Shown here in pieces: positions 1-11,787 of a DNA stretch of 49,395 bases; the first letter of the stretch is position 1; each line of letters opens with the position of its first letter. The stretch is from NCBI RefSeq assembly GCF_001194135.2, contig NC_068981.1, positions 103,224,788 to 103,274,182 on the forward strand, given 5' to 3'. The DNA comes from Octopus bimaculoides. Its lineage: Eukaryota. The notes under the pieces were generated by a model that was given only the letters and a program-made list of their open reading frames with translations, was not told where the DNA came from and searched no databases. A program made the position numbers and the translations under genes.

Positions 1-164
1 ATATGACGGGCTTCTTTCAGTTTCCGTCTCCCAAATCCACTCATAAGCCCTTGGTCGGCTCGAGGCTATAGTAGGAAACACTTTCCCACGGTTTCAGGCA
101 GTAAGATTGAACTCGGAATCATGTGGTTAGGAAACAACGTCCTTACGACACAGCCACGCTGTGC
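1..164 (-). mobile_element. tRNA-derived SINE, family F1, 5' head (runs off the window start)
   Basis: The reverse complement begins GCACAGCGTGGCTGTGTCGTAAGG (A-box-like) and contains GAGTTCAATCTT (B-box-like). It aligns by eye with the + copy at 30667-30830. Confidence 0.9.
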
Positions 165-278
165 GTGCGTGCACGTGCGTGTGTATGTGTGTTTGTGTGT
201 ATGTATGTGTGTGTCTATGTGTGTATGTATGTGTGTGTGCATGTGTGTGTATGTGTGTACGTATGTTTGTATGTTCAG

Positions 279-380
279 ATGTCTCATTCTGGTAACCTCA
301 TTTCTCATCCCATCTGCTGAAAGTCCTATGTCGATAGAAGAATGGCGACGTGTGCAGATCGAGCTAGTCAGAAGCGCACG
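279..380 (+). CDS. Candidate internal coding exon (phase 2-2, 102 nt), product unknown
   Basis: Acceptor ttcag| before 279 and donor CG|GTAAGT at 381. Only one frame is open: xCLILVTSFLIPSAESPMSIEEWRRVQIELVRSA(R). Unique sequence between repeats. No homology recognised. Confidence 0.5.
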
Positions 381-912
381 GTAAGTTATGATTTCCGTCT
401 GTCATCTATGCTTCAAACGATGCAGATCTGCAAACGAGACTGAATAAACAGTCAACTGAGAGATCATTGACGGAAAGTCAGAAATGTCATTGACAACGTG
501 CAAAGAAAGCACAAGCAGACGACAATCATCTGTGAAGATGGAGCAACCATTATGCATGTGCATACACACACGTTTGCACTCAGATAGTTTGAAAAGGAAA
601 AAAATAGTACGCCCACGTATATGTAGTTTCTTTTCTTTCAGTAAGGAAACATGCAAATGCCCCTGTTTGTACCAGTGTATGTTATGCATGTATTGAAGTG
701 TCATAATTCTCATGCCAGCAAGAAATGCGTGTTGAAATTAAGAAACGAATTCTAATTAAGAAAAAGTAAAAGAATAAAATAAAACGATTATAGGCATCGG
801 GTGTTTTAAGTAATCAAAACTTTCTGCCATAAGTAATTAACAAGAATTTATTCAAGAAAATTGTCAGTTATTTATGGTTTTTCTTTTTTGTTTCTTTTCT
901 TTCTTTATATTT

Positions 913-915
<3 letters not shown>

Positions 916-992
<77 letters not shown>

Positions 993-1035
993 ATTATTAT
1001 TATTATAATTATTATTATTATAATTATTATTATTA
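916..1035. repeat. (ATT)n microsatellite with a few ATA variants
   Basis: Directly visible; explains the poly-Ile ORF at 861-1085. Confidence 0.97.
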
Positions 1036-2120
1036 GTTTTCACATTATCCCCTACCTCTACTTGAAATTTAGAATTCTCGTTTAGCTATGTATATAATTC
1101 TAGTTTATCTGAAATGCCCTAGATATTATAAGTTATATATATATATATTCCACATATACATGCATATGTATCTTTACATATACGAATATATATGTGTGTA
1201 CGCGTTTATGAGTACATTTATACATACATGCATGCATACATACATACATACATACATACATACATACATACATACATACTATTGAAGATTTTTATTTTCT
1301 GAAGATGCCAAGACTGGAGTTATGACGTTATATGTTTATATATATATATATNNNNNNNNNNTATATATTTCCTGTACTCTCTTAATGGAGTAAGACACAA
1401 TTGAAAATTTGAGCCCCATATGCAGGTTTCGGTTAAACAATCCCATATTTCACAACAATATTATAATAAACATTCAATCTCTTTCTCCTCCACTCTCTCC
1501 CTCACCACGTCTCTTTCTCTTTTTCTCTCTCGTCCTCTTTCGTGAGTCACGTGCCTACACTTCAAATAAAACAGCATGGTTTCTTTATAGGTTAAGCACA
1601 GCATTAATCTTTCGCCGGAGGATAGTAAAAATTCTTGGATTTACTGAAGCTGTTGTTGGATAGAATTTCAAACTGTAATTTTGCCGTTGTAAACAAAATG
1701 TGTAGAGTTTCTGAATAGGTTTCTTTTACTCGTAAATCACAAGTTCTGGTTTCTGGTTGCTCGTTGTATTTCGATAAACCGATAAAACTTCGTATTACGT
1801 TTGTTTATTTTTTGTTCTTGCTTACATACTACAATGGTATTTCTAAGTTTAGTGTTGAAACGTTGGATTGATCACGACTGTCATTTTATTCTTATGAACT
1901 CCGTGTAACTGAAGACTAACCTTGTATGATAAGTATCTCTAAGAAATGTAAAGGCAATATGAAACTGGTTTTTGTGTCCGTGCTCGGTAGTTTTAAACAC
2001 GAGAGGATGAAAGCCATATATTGTATTCTGTTGTAAAGTACTGTTAATATTATCATGCATGCGCGCGTCTGTCTATCTATTTATTTATCTCTGTCACTCT
2101 CTCTCACTCTCTCTCTCTCG

Positions 2121-2157
<37 letters not shown>

Positions 2158-2939
2158 TAGATAGATAGACACACCCGCTTGCACGGCCTCTTATACGCAC
2201 ACAACCGACCTAATTATACTTGAAAATCCAGATAGAAATACAAATACAGATATTAATATAAATCTTAATTTCTTAATTTTATACCCCGGAATCCAGGTGT
2301 TTTATACCTTTTCGCACAAGCGTAAGGAAATTTGGAGAACGTATTTATATGTTCAGTTGACAGTTCCAGCGATTGTGATGTAATTGCGTATTCCATTTTT
2401 AAAATATTTTCACCCACGAAGGCATATATAGAGACTATTCTTTGTGGTAGATCTACAAACCATGAATATGACACTGTTATATTGTACTATTTCATTTTGT
2501 CTATTTGCAGTTAGTTCTATGCAAAACAATGCTCTACTAAGGGGAAGTTGAACAAAAAATATTCCGTAGTATATCTCTCAATGCAATTATATTTTGTAGA
2601 AACAGAAAAATTCGCCAAAAATATCAATATAATATCACACACGACAGCGGAACATTTGACGCTGTAGAAATACTAGTAACAACGATAGCCATATCAAACC
2701 AAAGTGAAGAACCATCATATTTTAATGTCTAAAAGCAGATCTAACACCAGGATTCATATTTCATTCGATTATGCAAAGATTCATTTAAATATACAAAGAT
2801 TCGAATTCTATCTAAAACTGGAGAGATCCTCTATTTTCACTATCTACTCCCAGCCTGTGTAATAAAAGAATTGGACGATATCATGTTGCCGGTATCAGGA
2901 TATATTCGTTTCCAGAAATTGTTCTGAAATGCGATTAAG

Positions 2940-3120
2940 ATAATATCTGATGTCGTAATAGCAATGGAGAAGGCAGTGGTTGCATGGGAATTTCGATTCC
3001 GGCAGACTTACAATTGATCAGGAAGTAAAGATGTGAAGAAGAGACAAGTTGGAAAAGAAAGATATGGAGGCTCAAGAAACTGCAGAAAGAAACGACTCAC
3101 GAACGCTATATCTTATCGTG
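2940..3120 (+). mobile_element. Decayed RTE-clade LINE fragment (endonuclease-RT linker)
   Basis: Frameshifted translation DQEVKM*RRDKLEKKDMEAQETAERNDSRTLYLIV resembles the RTE linker motif (DKEVK...RRDK...AE.AA..ND.RTLY.I). Confidence 0.55.
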
Positions 3121-3124
3121 CTTC

Positions 3125-3782
3125 AGATATTGTACAACTGCTTTCCCAGCCGTGCTTCAACGGCTCAGCAGGTATTTCATCCATGTCAGCTGCTTTGTTG
3201 TTCCTCTAACTGCGTATTGTCCACTACCTCTGCTGTTATATCAGTCATGTTGACGTTCAGTTCGTTGCCCATTTCAAAGGTAGTCACTAGAACCGGCTGA
3301 CTGAAAGCTTCTCGAAAATGCTTGTTCCACTTTTGTTGTAAGCACTTTACCATCCTTAACCTTGATCGGTACACTGGAGTAACTCATTACACTTGTTAAC
3401 TTCGCACATGATCTGATATAGAGTTTGTGAGCTGTTTCTGTCTGCAGTTTCCTACGTTCCATACTTTTCTTTTCTTGCCACTTCTGCACATTTTCTTCAC
3501 TTCGTGATCAATTCTCTGATAATCTTCATCATAGAGCTTCCATTGATCACGCTTTGATTTGGTCTGCTTCCTTTTGTTGATACAAGCACATGTCACTGCT
3601 GTATTGTGGTCTGCATTTTTGTATGAACAGGTTTTCCTTGTTTAGGCGTTCTTGCAGTGGTATAATGGAAAAATATAGCAATTCGGTGTTTTATTTCTTA
3701 CTGTACAAGTCCATATCTCTTTGCTGAAGCCTCCTATCACCATTTCTGTTCCTGATAGTGATTGACTTCATCAAGAAGAGCT
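3125..3782 (-). mobile_element. Decayed RTE-clade LINE fragment (end of APE domain through linker to start of RT)
   Basis: Stitched frames read MVIGGFSKR (GDFN-like), YQRIDHEVKKMCRS, VPIKVKDGKVLTTK, KWNKHFREAFSQP and NNKAADMDEIPAEPLKHG, in the order expected for an RTE ORF. Several frameshifts. Confidence 0.72.
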
Positions 3783-4322
3783 GGTACCTATATACACTGG
3801 AAGCTATGCCAACACTAAGGAATAACAACAGAAAAAAGATGGTATAAACACACGCCAGAAAAGGTCACAGAAAACGAGAAAGCAACCATGCTTTGGGATA
3901 TGCCAATACACACAGATAGAGAAATTAAGGCCAATAGACCAGATAGAGTTGTCAAAGATCATCAATACCAGCAGATGACAACGTTTCCCTAAAAGAAATA
4001 GAGAAACTTTCAAAATACAAAGACCTGGAAATAGAGGTAACTCGAATGTGGAATCTAAAAACAGAAACAATTCCTATCATTGTAGGTGCCTTAGGTATAA
4101 TAAAAAGATATTCAGACAAATACATAACAAAAACACCAGGACTTACAAATATATATAACATACAGAAAATTGCACTACTGGGCACAGCACACATCCTACG
4201 CAAAACACTTTCAATACAGTAACCATAAGAGCAGCACAGCAAACCACAGCACATACCCAAGGCACACAGAGCTGCGCTCGGTAGTGAAGTGAAAGCACGT
4301 TATAAAAATAAAACTACTGAAC
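3783..4322 (+). mobile_element. R4/Dong-like RLE non-LTR retrotransposon, 5'-truncated 3' end (family D1)
   Basis: YIHWKLCQH*GITTEKRWYKHTPEKVTENEKATMLWDMPIHTDREIKANRPDRVVKDH, a frameshift, then IPADDNVSLKEIEKLSKYKDLEIEVTRMWNLKTETIPIIVGALG...ILRKTLSIQ* (TAA 4220-4222). Contains the RPD, KY.DL and PIIVGALG motifs of RLE domains. Followed by a 100-nt 3' UTR and (AAT)n. Confidence 0.9.

Positions 4323-4388
<66 letters not shown>
4323..4388. repeat. (AAT)22 tail or target of the D1 element
   Basis: Directly abuts the D1 3' UTR. Confidence 0.95.
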
Positions 4389-4390
<2 letters not shown>

Positions 4391-5193
4391 TGATAAGGAT
4401 ACATTAGGTTATTGTAAACACCTTGCATAGATATCATGTTCTGGTGGCCAGCTCTTTACATTCTTTAAGTTCTATTGTGAGTTGATTGGATGACTTTGAC
4501 GGTTCGACAGATGGTGAAAGAAAAAAAAAACGGGACGAGGTAGTTAAATGGTTAACTGGATTCATGACTTACTCTTAAGTTGGTTGGTCGGTCGGTCGGT
4601 CAGTCGGTCGGTCCGTTGGTCGGTTGGTTAGTTGGTTGGTTGGCTGGTTGGTCGGTTGACTAGATAGAAAATAGATTGGATCAATGGTTTGATGGTTGCG
4701 ATAAATTGTTGGCTAATTGGATGGTTTGACGGCTGCCATAGCTGACGAAATATATTTGATGGTCGAATGATTAGCGGGACTTGTTATTAGATGGTTGGCT
4801 GGTTGACTGTCACATAGTTTGGATGAATGGATGTACAGCACTCTAAATGGAGGGGGCGGACGAATAGTAACAGGGGACGGACGAATGGTAACACGGGTAG
4901 GATGGATTGTAAAGATAATTGCATGGGTTTGACAATTGTCTAGACAGTAAAAACGTATTGCAGCGTTAGAAGTTTCGATGGATTTGCAGGCAAGAAGATG
5001 CATCTATGGTGGATTGGATCATTGCTCTCTATAAATATGTAGAAGGTTGATAGGATAGAATAGTTAGACTAACTGAACAAGAATACTTTAAATATTTGGA
5101 CATTTTGGCGTTTTTCTAGATTGATGAGTAGATAGCTAGTCGGCCGTTATGACAGATGGAGAGATAAGGATACAGATGAACTTATGTGTGGTG

Positions 5194-5242
<49 letters not shown>

Positions 5243-6828
5243 NNNNNNNNNNNNNNNNNNNNNNNNNNNNNNNNNNNNNNNNNNNNNNNNNNNNNNNNNN
5301 NNNNNNNNNNNNNNNNNNNNNNNNNNNNNNNNNNNNNNNNNNNNNNNNNNNNNNNNNNNNNNNNNNNNNNNNNNNNNNNNNNNNNNNNNNNNNNNNNNNN
5401 NNNNNNNNNNNNNNNNNNNNNNNNNNNNNNNNNNNNNNNNNNNNNNNNNNNNNNNNNNNNNNNNNNNNNNNNNNNNNNNNNNNNNNNNNNNNNNNNNNNN
5501 NNNNNNNNNNNNNNNNNNNNNNNNNNNNNNNNNNNNNNNNNNNNNNNNNNNNNNNNNNNNNNNNNNNNNNNNNNNNNNNNNNNNNNNNNNNNNNNNNNNN
5601 NNNNNNNNNNNNNNNNNNNNNNNNNNNNNNNNNNNNNNNNNNNNNNNNNNNNNNNNNNNNNNNNNNNNNNNNNNNNNNNNNNNNNNNNNNNNNNNNNNNN
5701 NNNNNNNNNNNNNNNNNNNNNNNNNNNNNNNNNNNNNNNNNNNNNNNNNNNNNNNNNNNNNNNNNNNNNNNNNNNNNNNNNNNNNNNNNNNACCCCCACA
5801 CACACATATACCTATACTTAGATACACACACCAATATATATTTATATGTATTTTTTATGTATAACCATACACTCAAACACATATACACACAAACACATAT
5901 ATACACTCACATATGCATGCATATACATATACACACATACAGATACACATGCACCCACATAAACGCGCACAGATACACACACACATTTACATATATACGC
6001 ATACATACTCACATACACACATGCGTACATATGTACATACACGTGTATGTACATATGTACAATAGGGATACCCTATTGAAATGTGCATAGGTTTGGCTTA
6101 TTGTGGTTGTTTCTGTTATTATAGTTGTTGGTGCAATAAAGTATCTTCAATGCATTGATTTTGAGGTCTATCCTTTAAGAGACATGTATACATAGATATA
6201 TACAAAAACTCAACTGTGAGTTTTTGGCTAAGACTGTTAACAGATACNNNNNNNNNNNNNNNNNNNNNNNNNNNNNNNNNNNNNNNNNNNNNNNNNNNNN
6301 NNNNNNNNNNNNNNNNNNNNNNNNNNNNNNNNNNNNNNNNNNNNNNNNNNNNNNNNNNNNNNNNNNNNNNNNNNNNNNNNNNNNNNNNNNNNNNNNNNNN
6401 NNNNNNNNNNNNNNNNNNNNNNNNNNNNNNNNNNNNNNNNNNNNNNNNNNNNNNNNNNNNNNNNNNNNNNNNNNNNNNNNNNNNNNNNNNNNNNNNNNNN
6501 NNNNNNNNNNNNNNNNNNNNNNNNNACCATTGATGTGATTATATATATATATATATATTATCACATCAATGGTATGATACTAAATTCATTAAAATTATTA
6601 GTACATCAAATTAGCCTCATTTTTGATATTTTCAGTGTCATTAATCATAATAATACATTTATCATATAACTATTTTGATACTTTTATTGTAACTTTTAAT
6701 TTTTTTGATAAAAATAAATGACTACTGTACGTATTTTTTTTTCATAACTGTATACCTACTTTTGCACCACCCTGTATATATATATATATCTATATCTATA
6801 TCTATATCTATATCTATATCTATATCTA

Positions 6829-6869
<41 letters not shown>

Positions 6870-7056
6870 GCACATAATATATTTATACATATAAATATAT
6901 ACATATATGTGTGTATATGTGCGTGTGGCTAGATAAATAGATAGATGAAAAAATATAGAGTGCAGGAGGTGGTCATTTTGATACTAATTATGGAGGAAAT
7001 AAAAATCGAATTGATGGTATTGGCATTTATATCTAAAATTGGTTGTTAAGCAAGAG

Positions 7057-7095
<39 letters not shown>

Positions 7096-7560
7096 CAGAG
7101 AGAGGGGTGAGAGAGAGGGAAAACAGATAAACGGAGAGAAACGGATGAACTTATGTGTGGCTGTTTTGGGAGAAAACGAAAAGAGAGGGTGAGAGGGACA
7201 GAAATAAAAAAGAATAAGATGTTAGGATAATGTTTGGGATTTTGTGAGTGATAGTGGGAGAGTGACACAGCGAGAGTGATAGAATGAGAGTCATAGGGTG
7301 ACAATGATTATGGAGAGACAGGGTGATGATAATAGGGTGGTAGGCTGAAAGTGATAGTGTGATAGGGTTAGAGTAATTGTGATATGGTGAGACTTATACA
7401 GTGAGTGATAAATAGTGATGAATATAGAACGAAAGTGAAAGTGAAATCGAAAGTGAAATCGAAAGTGAAAGCAATAGAGCGAATGGTATGAGAGAGCAGG
7501 AGTAAACAAAGAAGTCGAGAATTAGTAAATGGGGAGAAAGAGAGAAAGAAAGAGAGACGA

Positions 7561-7597
<37 letters not shown>

Positions 7598-7617
7598 GAG
7601 AAAGAAAGAGAGAGAGA

Positions 7618-7659
<42 letters not shown>

Positions 7660-7930
7660 ATTGCTTGAGTGAATAAGTAACTGAGAGCGTATAGGCAGAC
7701 GATGAGTAACAGGACGTTTTATGCTGTAAACGTATATCCACAAACGTATGTATGTGTGCGCGCATGTACGTGAGTATATAATATATATACTTATACATAT
7801 AGGCATATATATATATATGTACATTTGTAGACAAACATACACGTTACATATTCTACAGGCAGAAATTGTATATACTTGTATTTCGTGTGTAAATGTGTAC
7901 GTAAGAGAAACAGAAGGAAACTTACCTGTT

Positions 7931-7939
7931 CACACACAC

Positions 7940-8026
<87 letters not shown>
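7931..8026. repeat. (CA)n microsatellite
   Basis: Directly visible; shortly upstream of the RLE fragment at 8076. Confidence 0.97.
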
Positions 8027-8030
<4 letters not shown>

Positions 8031-8075
8031 AACAAGCATACATGCGTGCATAAATACACACACACATACATACCA

Positions 8076-8858
8076 ATATTTGTGATCCGAGCCATTGGTG
8101 TGAAATCCCGCAAAATACTAACAAGTACACGTAATTTTCCACATAAACAGTGACGTAGACCGCCTCTACCTAAACGATCCAAAATGCCTTTGAATGTTGC
8201 ATCATGTCCCTTCGGCAACATCTTTTAATCACCAACTGTCGAAGTACATCCCTTGACCAAGTTTGCATGCTTGAGGCTGATAACATCATAAGATTTGGAA
8301 GGCAGCTCCTTGAGCAACATTGTCTGATAACCTAGAATACATGCCCACAGCAGTTCCACGACTCTACCGCAAAGTATCATCTGATGAATGGATGAGTCTA
8401 TATGAGCAGAAGACTGCATGGATATGTTAGTAGAAAGCTCTGAGATGATAGTAACATCGATCATCAAAGTTGTTTATCATGGACCAGTAACCAGACTACC
8501 TCCCACTTTGAAGGGTAGGCGTTTGCAATCCAGGAACAGGAAATATCAACCAAATACCTGATGCACAAAAGGGATAGAGATGCAGGAAATGCAATAAAAT
8601 ATGACAACCGATGCAGACTTTGTGGAGTTGACACAGAAGATATCAGCCACATCATAAGCAGTTGTCCGAAAATGTCATCACGGTATTATCTACCGATGAG
8701 ACATGATGTTGTAACTAGGACACTCTATAATGAAATCTGTCGAAAGTATAACCCAGATGACAAAGAAATAAGAAGCCACAGTATGGTAGAAGCTATAATA
8801 AAAAGGAGTACTGGTGGAACGTCGCAGTGAAGATCTCAATAAAATGTAAGTACAACAG
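8076..8858 (+). mobile_element. R4/Dong-like RLE retrotransposon fragment (family D2, piece 1a): post-RT region plus CCHC zinc knuckle
   Basis: Stitched frames: RKILTSTRNFHINSDVDRLYL...YEQK.LHGYVSRKL..DSNIDHQSCLSWT...TSHFEG*AFAIQEQEISTKYL...CRLCGVDTEDISHIISSC...RHDVV...KEYWWNVAVK. Typical R4-clade motif order with a C-x2-C-x8-H-x4-C knuckle. Confidence 0.88.
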
Positions 8859-9110
8859 GAGAAATACTGATTGAACATTCCCATTAAGACATTTGTTATG
8901 TATAAACATAACAAGCTGGATATTGTTATTTGGGACAAACAGAAAAGTATGTACCGTCATAGAGGTTAGCTGCCTTCTGATGTGAATATCTCTTTGAAAA
9001 TGAAAGAGAAAATAGATGCTTATAGCCAACTGCTTCGAAACTTCCAGCCTCTATATCTGGATTACAAATCCCCATTATATCAATAATAATTGGTGCATAG
9101 TCACTTACAT
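8859..9110 (+). mobile_element. D2 piece 1b: RLE domain fragment of a diverged copy
   Basis: EKY*LNIPIKTFVMYKHNKLDIVIWDKQKS...VIEVSC...KEKIDAYSQLLRNFQ...IIGA*. It restarts 19 codons upstream of the point where piece 1a stops. Confidence 0.8.
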
Positions 9111-9120
9111 ACTTGCATGC

Positions 9121-9155
<35 letters not shown>

Positions 9156-9166
9156 CATACATACAT

Positions 9167-9197
<31 letters not shown>

Positions 9198-9234
9198 TAC
9201 ATACATACATACATACATACATACATACATACAT
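9121..9234. repeat. Compound (TAGA)n(TACA)n(CA)n(TACA)n microsatellite
   Basis: Directly visible between D2 pieces. Confidence 0.97.
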
Positions 9235-9235
9235 A

Positions 9236-9917
9236 GCAACTTATGAAAAAAAGAAGTACTGGTGGAATGTCCCAGTGAAAGCAGAATAGACCTGATATAT
9301 AGACCTGGGATAGAGAAGAGAAGCTGTGGACAGTTGTGGAAATCAGCTGCCCAGCGGTTGTTTGCATAAAGCTGAAGATCATTGAAAAAGAGAACACCTA
9401 TGCTGAACTATTGAGAAATATGCAGTTACTCTTTCCAGATTGCAATTTCAGGTTTATACCTGTAATTATTGGGACACTGAGATATATAACACACTGCCTA
9501 AATACCAGTCTTGAGAAATTGGGCTTCTCAAAACCAGAAAGGAGAAAGCTAATTCAAAGACTACAGATTCACATCATCACTGGAACTGTAAAAATCTACA
9601 AAACTTTCCAGAAGTTAATCATTTAAGTATATATGAGCATGTCTAGACATGCAACTGTATGCATGAGAATACATACAGAAAACAAAACATACACATCTGC
9701 ATGTTTACATATATACATGCATATATGCATGCATACATACATACATACATACATACATGCATACATGCATACATACATACATACATACATACATACATAC
9801 GTACGTACAAAAATACCCTGTTGATGTTGTTGAAATTCCAATGAAGGAGCTTTGGATCTAGGTTAGAAACCAGCTCTTTCTCTATTGGCAAGAAATCTTG
9901 AAATGAAACCGAATAAT
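9236..9917 (+). mobile_element. D2 piece 2: RLE domain, ORF end and 3' UTR
   Basis: KKYWWNVPVK...NRPDI*TWDREEKLWTVVEISCP...RFIPVIIGTL...KIYKTFQKLII* (stop at 9626). The 3' UTR is homologous to 13180-13391 on the minus strand. Confidence 0.9.
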
Positions 9918-10892
9918 CACACACACGCACACACACACACGAGAACATTATTATTCAAAACAAATAATAATATTAGTGGCCGCAAGTATTAAACCGTATA
10001 GGCAAATTAATAAATATATATATGTGTGTGTGTGTATATATGTATATATATATATATATACATACATAGATAAATACATACATGCATACATACATACATA
10101 CATACATACATACATACATACATACATACATACATACAAAGAAAAGGATAAAAATCCAGGTGAATACTTTAAAACCACTTTGTAGATACCAAACTTAGCT
10201 GACTAAATTGTCGACTGAAGGCCTTTGTAATTCATGTAGGCCGTAAATATACTTTCCGCTGTCTGTCAAATTTGTAAATCCAAATTTCGAGCACCAAATA
10301 AATTTAGAATAAGAGTGGTTTAGCTTCGATAAGGATAGGATAGTTTCTTAGTCTCTGGAGATTCTTAGCCGACCATATATGAGATCCATTAATCAGCATT
10401 ATTACTACATTGCAGAATTATGTAATTTACCCATCCATCCGGAAATGCATAAGTGGATTAAAAAGGTATAATTCCCCATTCTACATATACACACGCACAC
10501 ACATATGTATATAAATATATATNNNNNNNNNNNNNNNNNNNNNNNNNNNNNNNNNNNNNNNNNNNNNNNNNNNNNNNNNNNNNNNNNNNNNNNNNNNNNN
10601 NNNNNNNNNNNNNNNNNNNNNNNNNNNNNNNNNNNNNNNNNNNNNNNNNNNNNNNNNNNNNNNNNNNNNNNNNNNNNNNNNNNNNNNNNNNNNNNNNNNN
10701 NNNNNNNNNNNNNNNNNNNNNNNNNNNNNNNNNNNNNNNNNNNNNNNNNNNNNNNNNNNNNNNNNNNNNNNNNNNNNNNNNNNNNNNNNNNNNNNNNNNN
10801 NNNNNNNNNNNNNNNNNNNNNNNNNNNNNNNNNNNNNNNNNNNNNNNNNNNNNNNNNNNNNNNNNNNNNNNNNNNNNNNNNNNNNNNNNNNN

Positions 10893-10955
<63 letters not shown>

Positions 10956-11522
10956 AAGAAAGAGAGAGAAAGAACGATAGATAGATAGATAGATAGTCAG
11001 ACTGACAGACAGACAGACGGACGAACGGACGGGCAGACAGGCAGACAGACAGACAGATAGATATATACATACATACATATAAATCTCTGCTTTTATATCT
11101 AAGCTATAGATGTATGTATGTATGTATATATGTATGATTTCTGTTGGAGTTTAATTCAAGTTCTTTAGAGATTTCAAGCCGGTTGAGTTGGTGTGTTGGT
11201 TGAATTGAATTATCGAAACATAAAACTAGATGTGTACATTTATTCACATAAGAATATCACATGGAGAATTTTGGGAAAGTCTTACAAATCTTCTCTGTGC
11301 CACTAATAGATTGGATTTGGAGAATTCACATCTGTTTCTTTTGCCCTTTTTCCGTGAAACCAAGTGTTTCTAGCATATAATTGCCAACCAAGTGTGGCGT
11401 CCTATATGGGACTGCTATAGCCCCAGGAAAGCATCTTTTCCAGCAGGCTAACGACGAACATTCTGTGTCCGATTAGTATTTGCGAGGGGAGGTCATCGCT
11501 CCCATCCCTAGCCTTACGTGAT

Positions 11523-11569
11523 ACACATGGACTCAAGTTCCTGGGTAGTTACCCGTCATCAGCGTGTGT
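11523..11569 (-). ncRNA. Minimal type I hammerhead ribozyme, degenerate copy
   Basis: ACACACG CTGATGA CGGGTAACTACCCA GGAA C TTGA GTC CATGTGT. A13 to G in the core, a broken loop-III palindrome and one stem I mismatch. Confidence 0.75.
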
Positions 11570-11787
11570 TAATCACCAGCTAGTGATGAAAACTCACCGC
11601 ACTTGCAAAATACTATATGCTTTTTCCAGCGACGAACCGTCGCTGATTTCGAAAAAGGAAAAATAAGTTATATTAAATCTCTGAGCGAGATGTAAACAGT
11701 AGCAATACAGAATCGTAGCATATAATTGCCAACCAAGTGGGGCGTCCTATACGGGACAGTGCTACTTATGTTTATAGCCCCAGGAAG

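Noticed and set aside
1542-1553. Overlapping AP-1 (TGAGTCA) and E-box (CACGTG) sites
   Set aside because: Short motifs with no supporting evidence of a regulatory region.
8225-8467. Minus-strand ORFs over the LINE relics (also 3804-4260, 8464-8938, 44346-45014)
   Set aside because: Antisense shadows of plus-strand transposon coding sequence.
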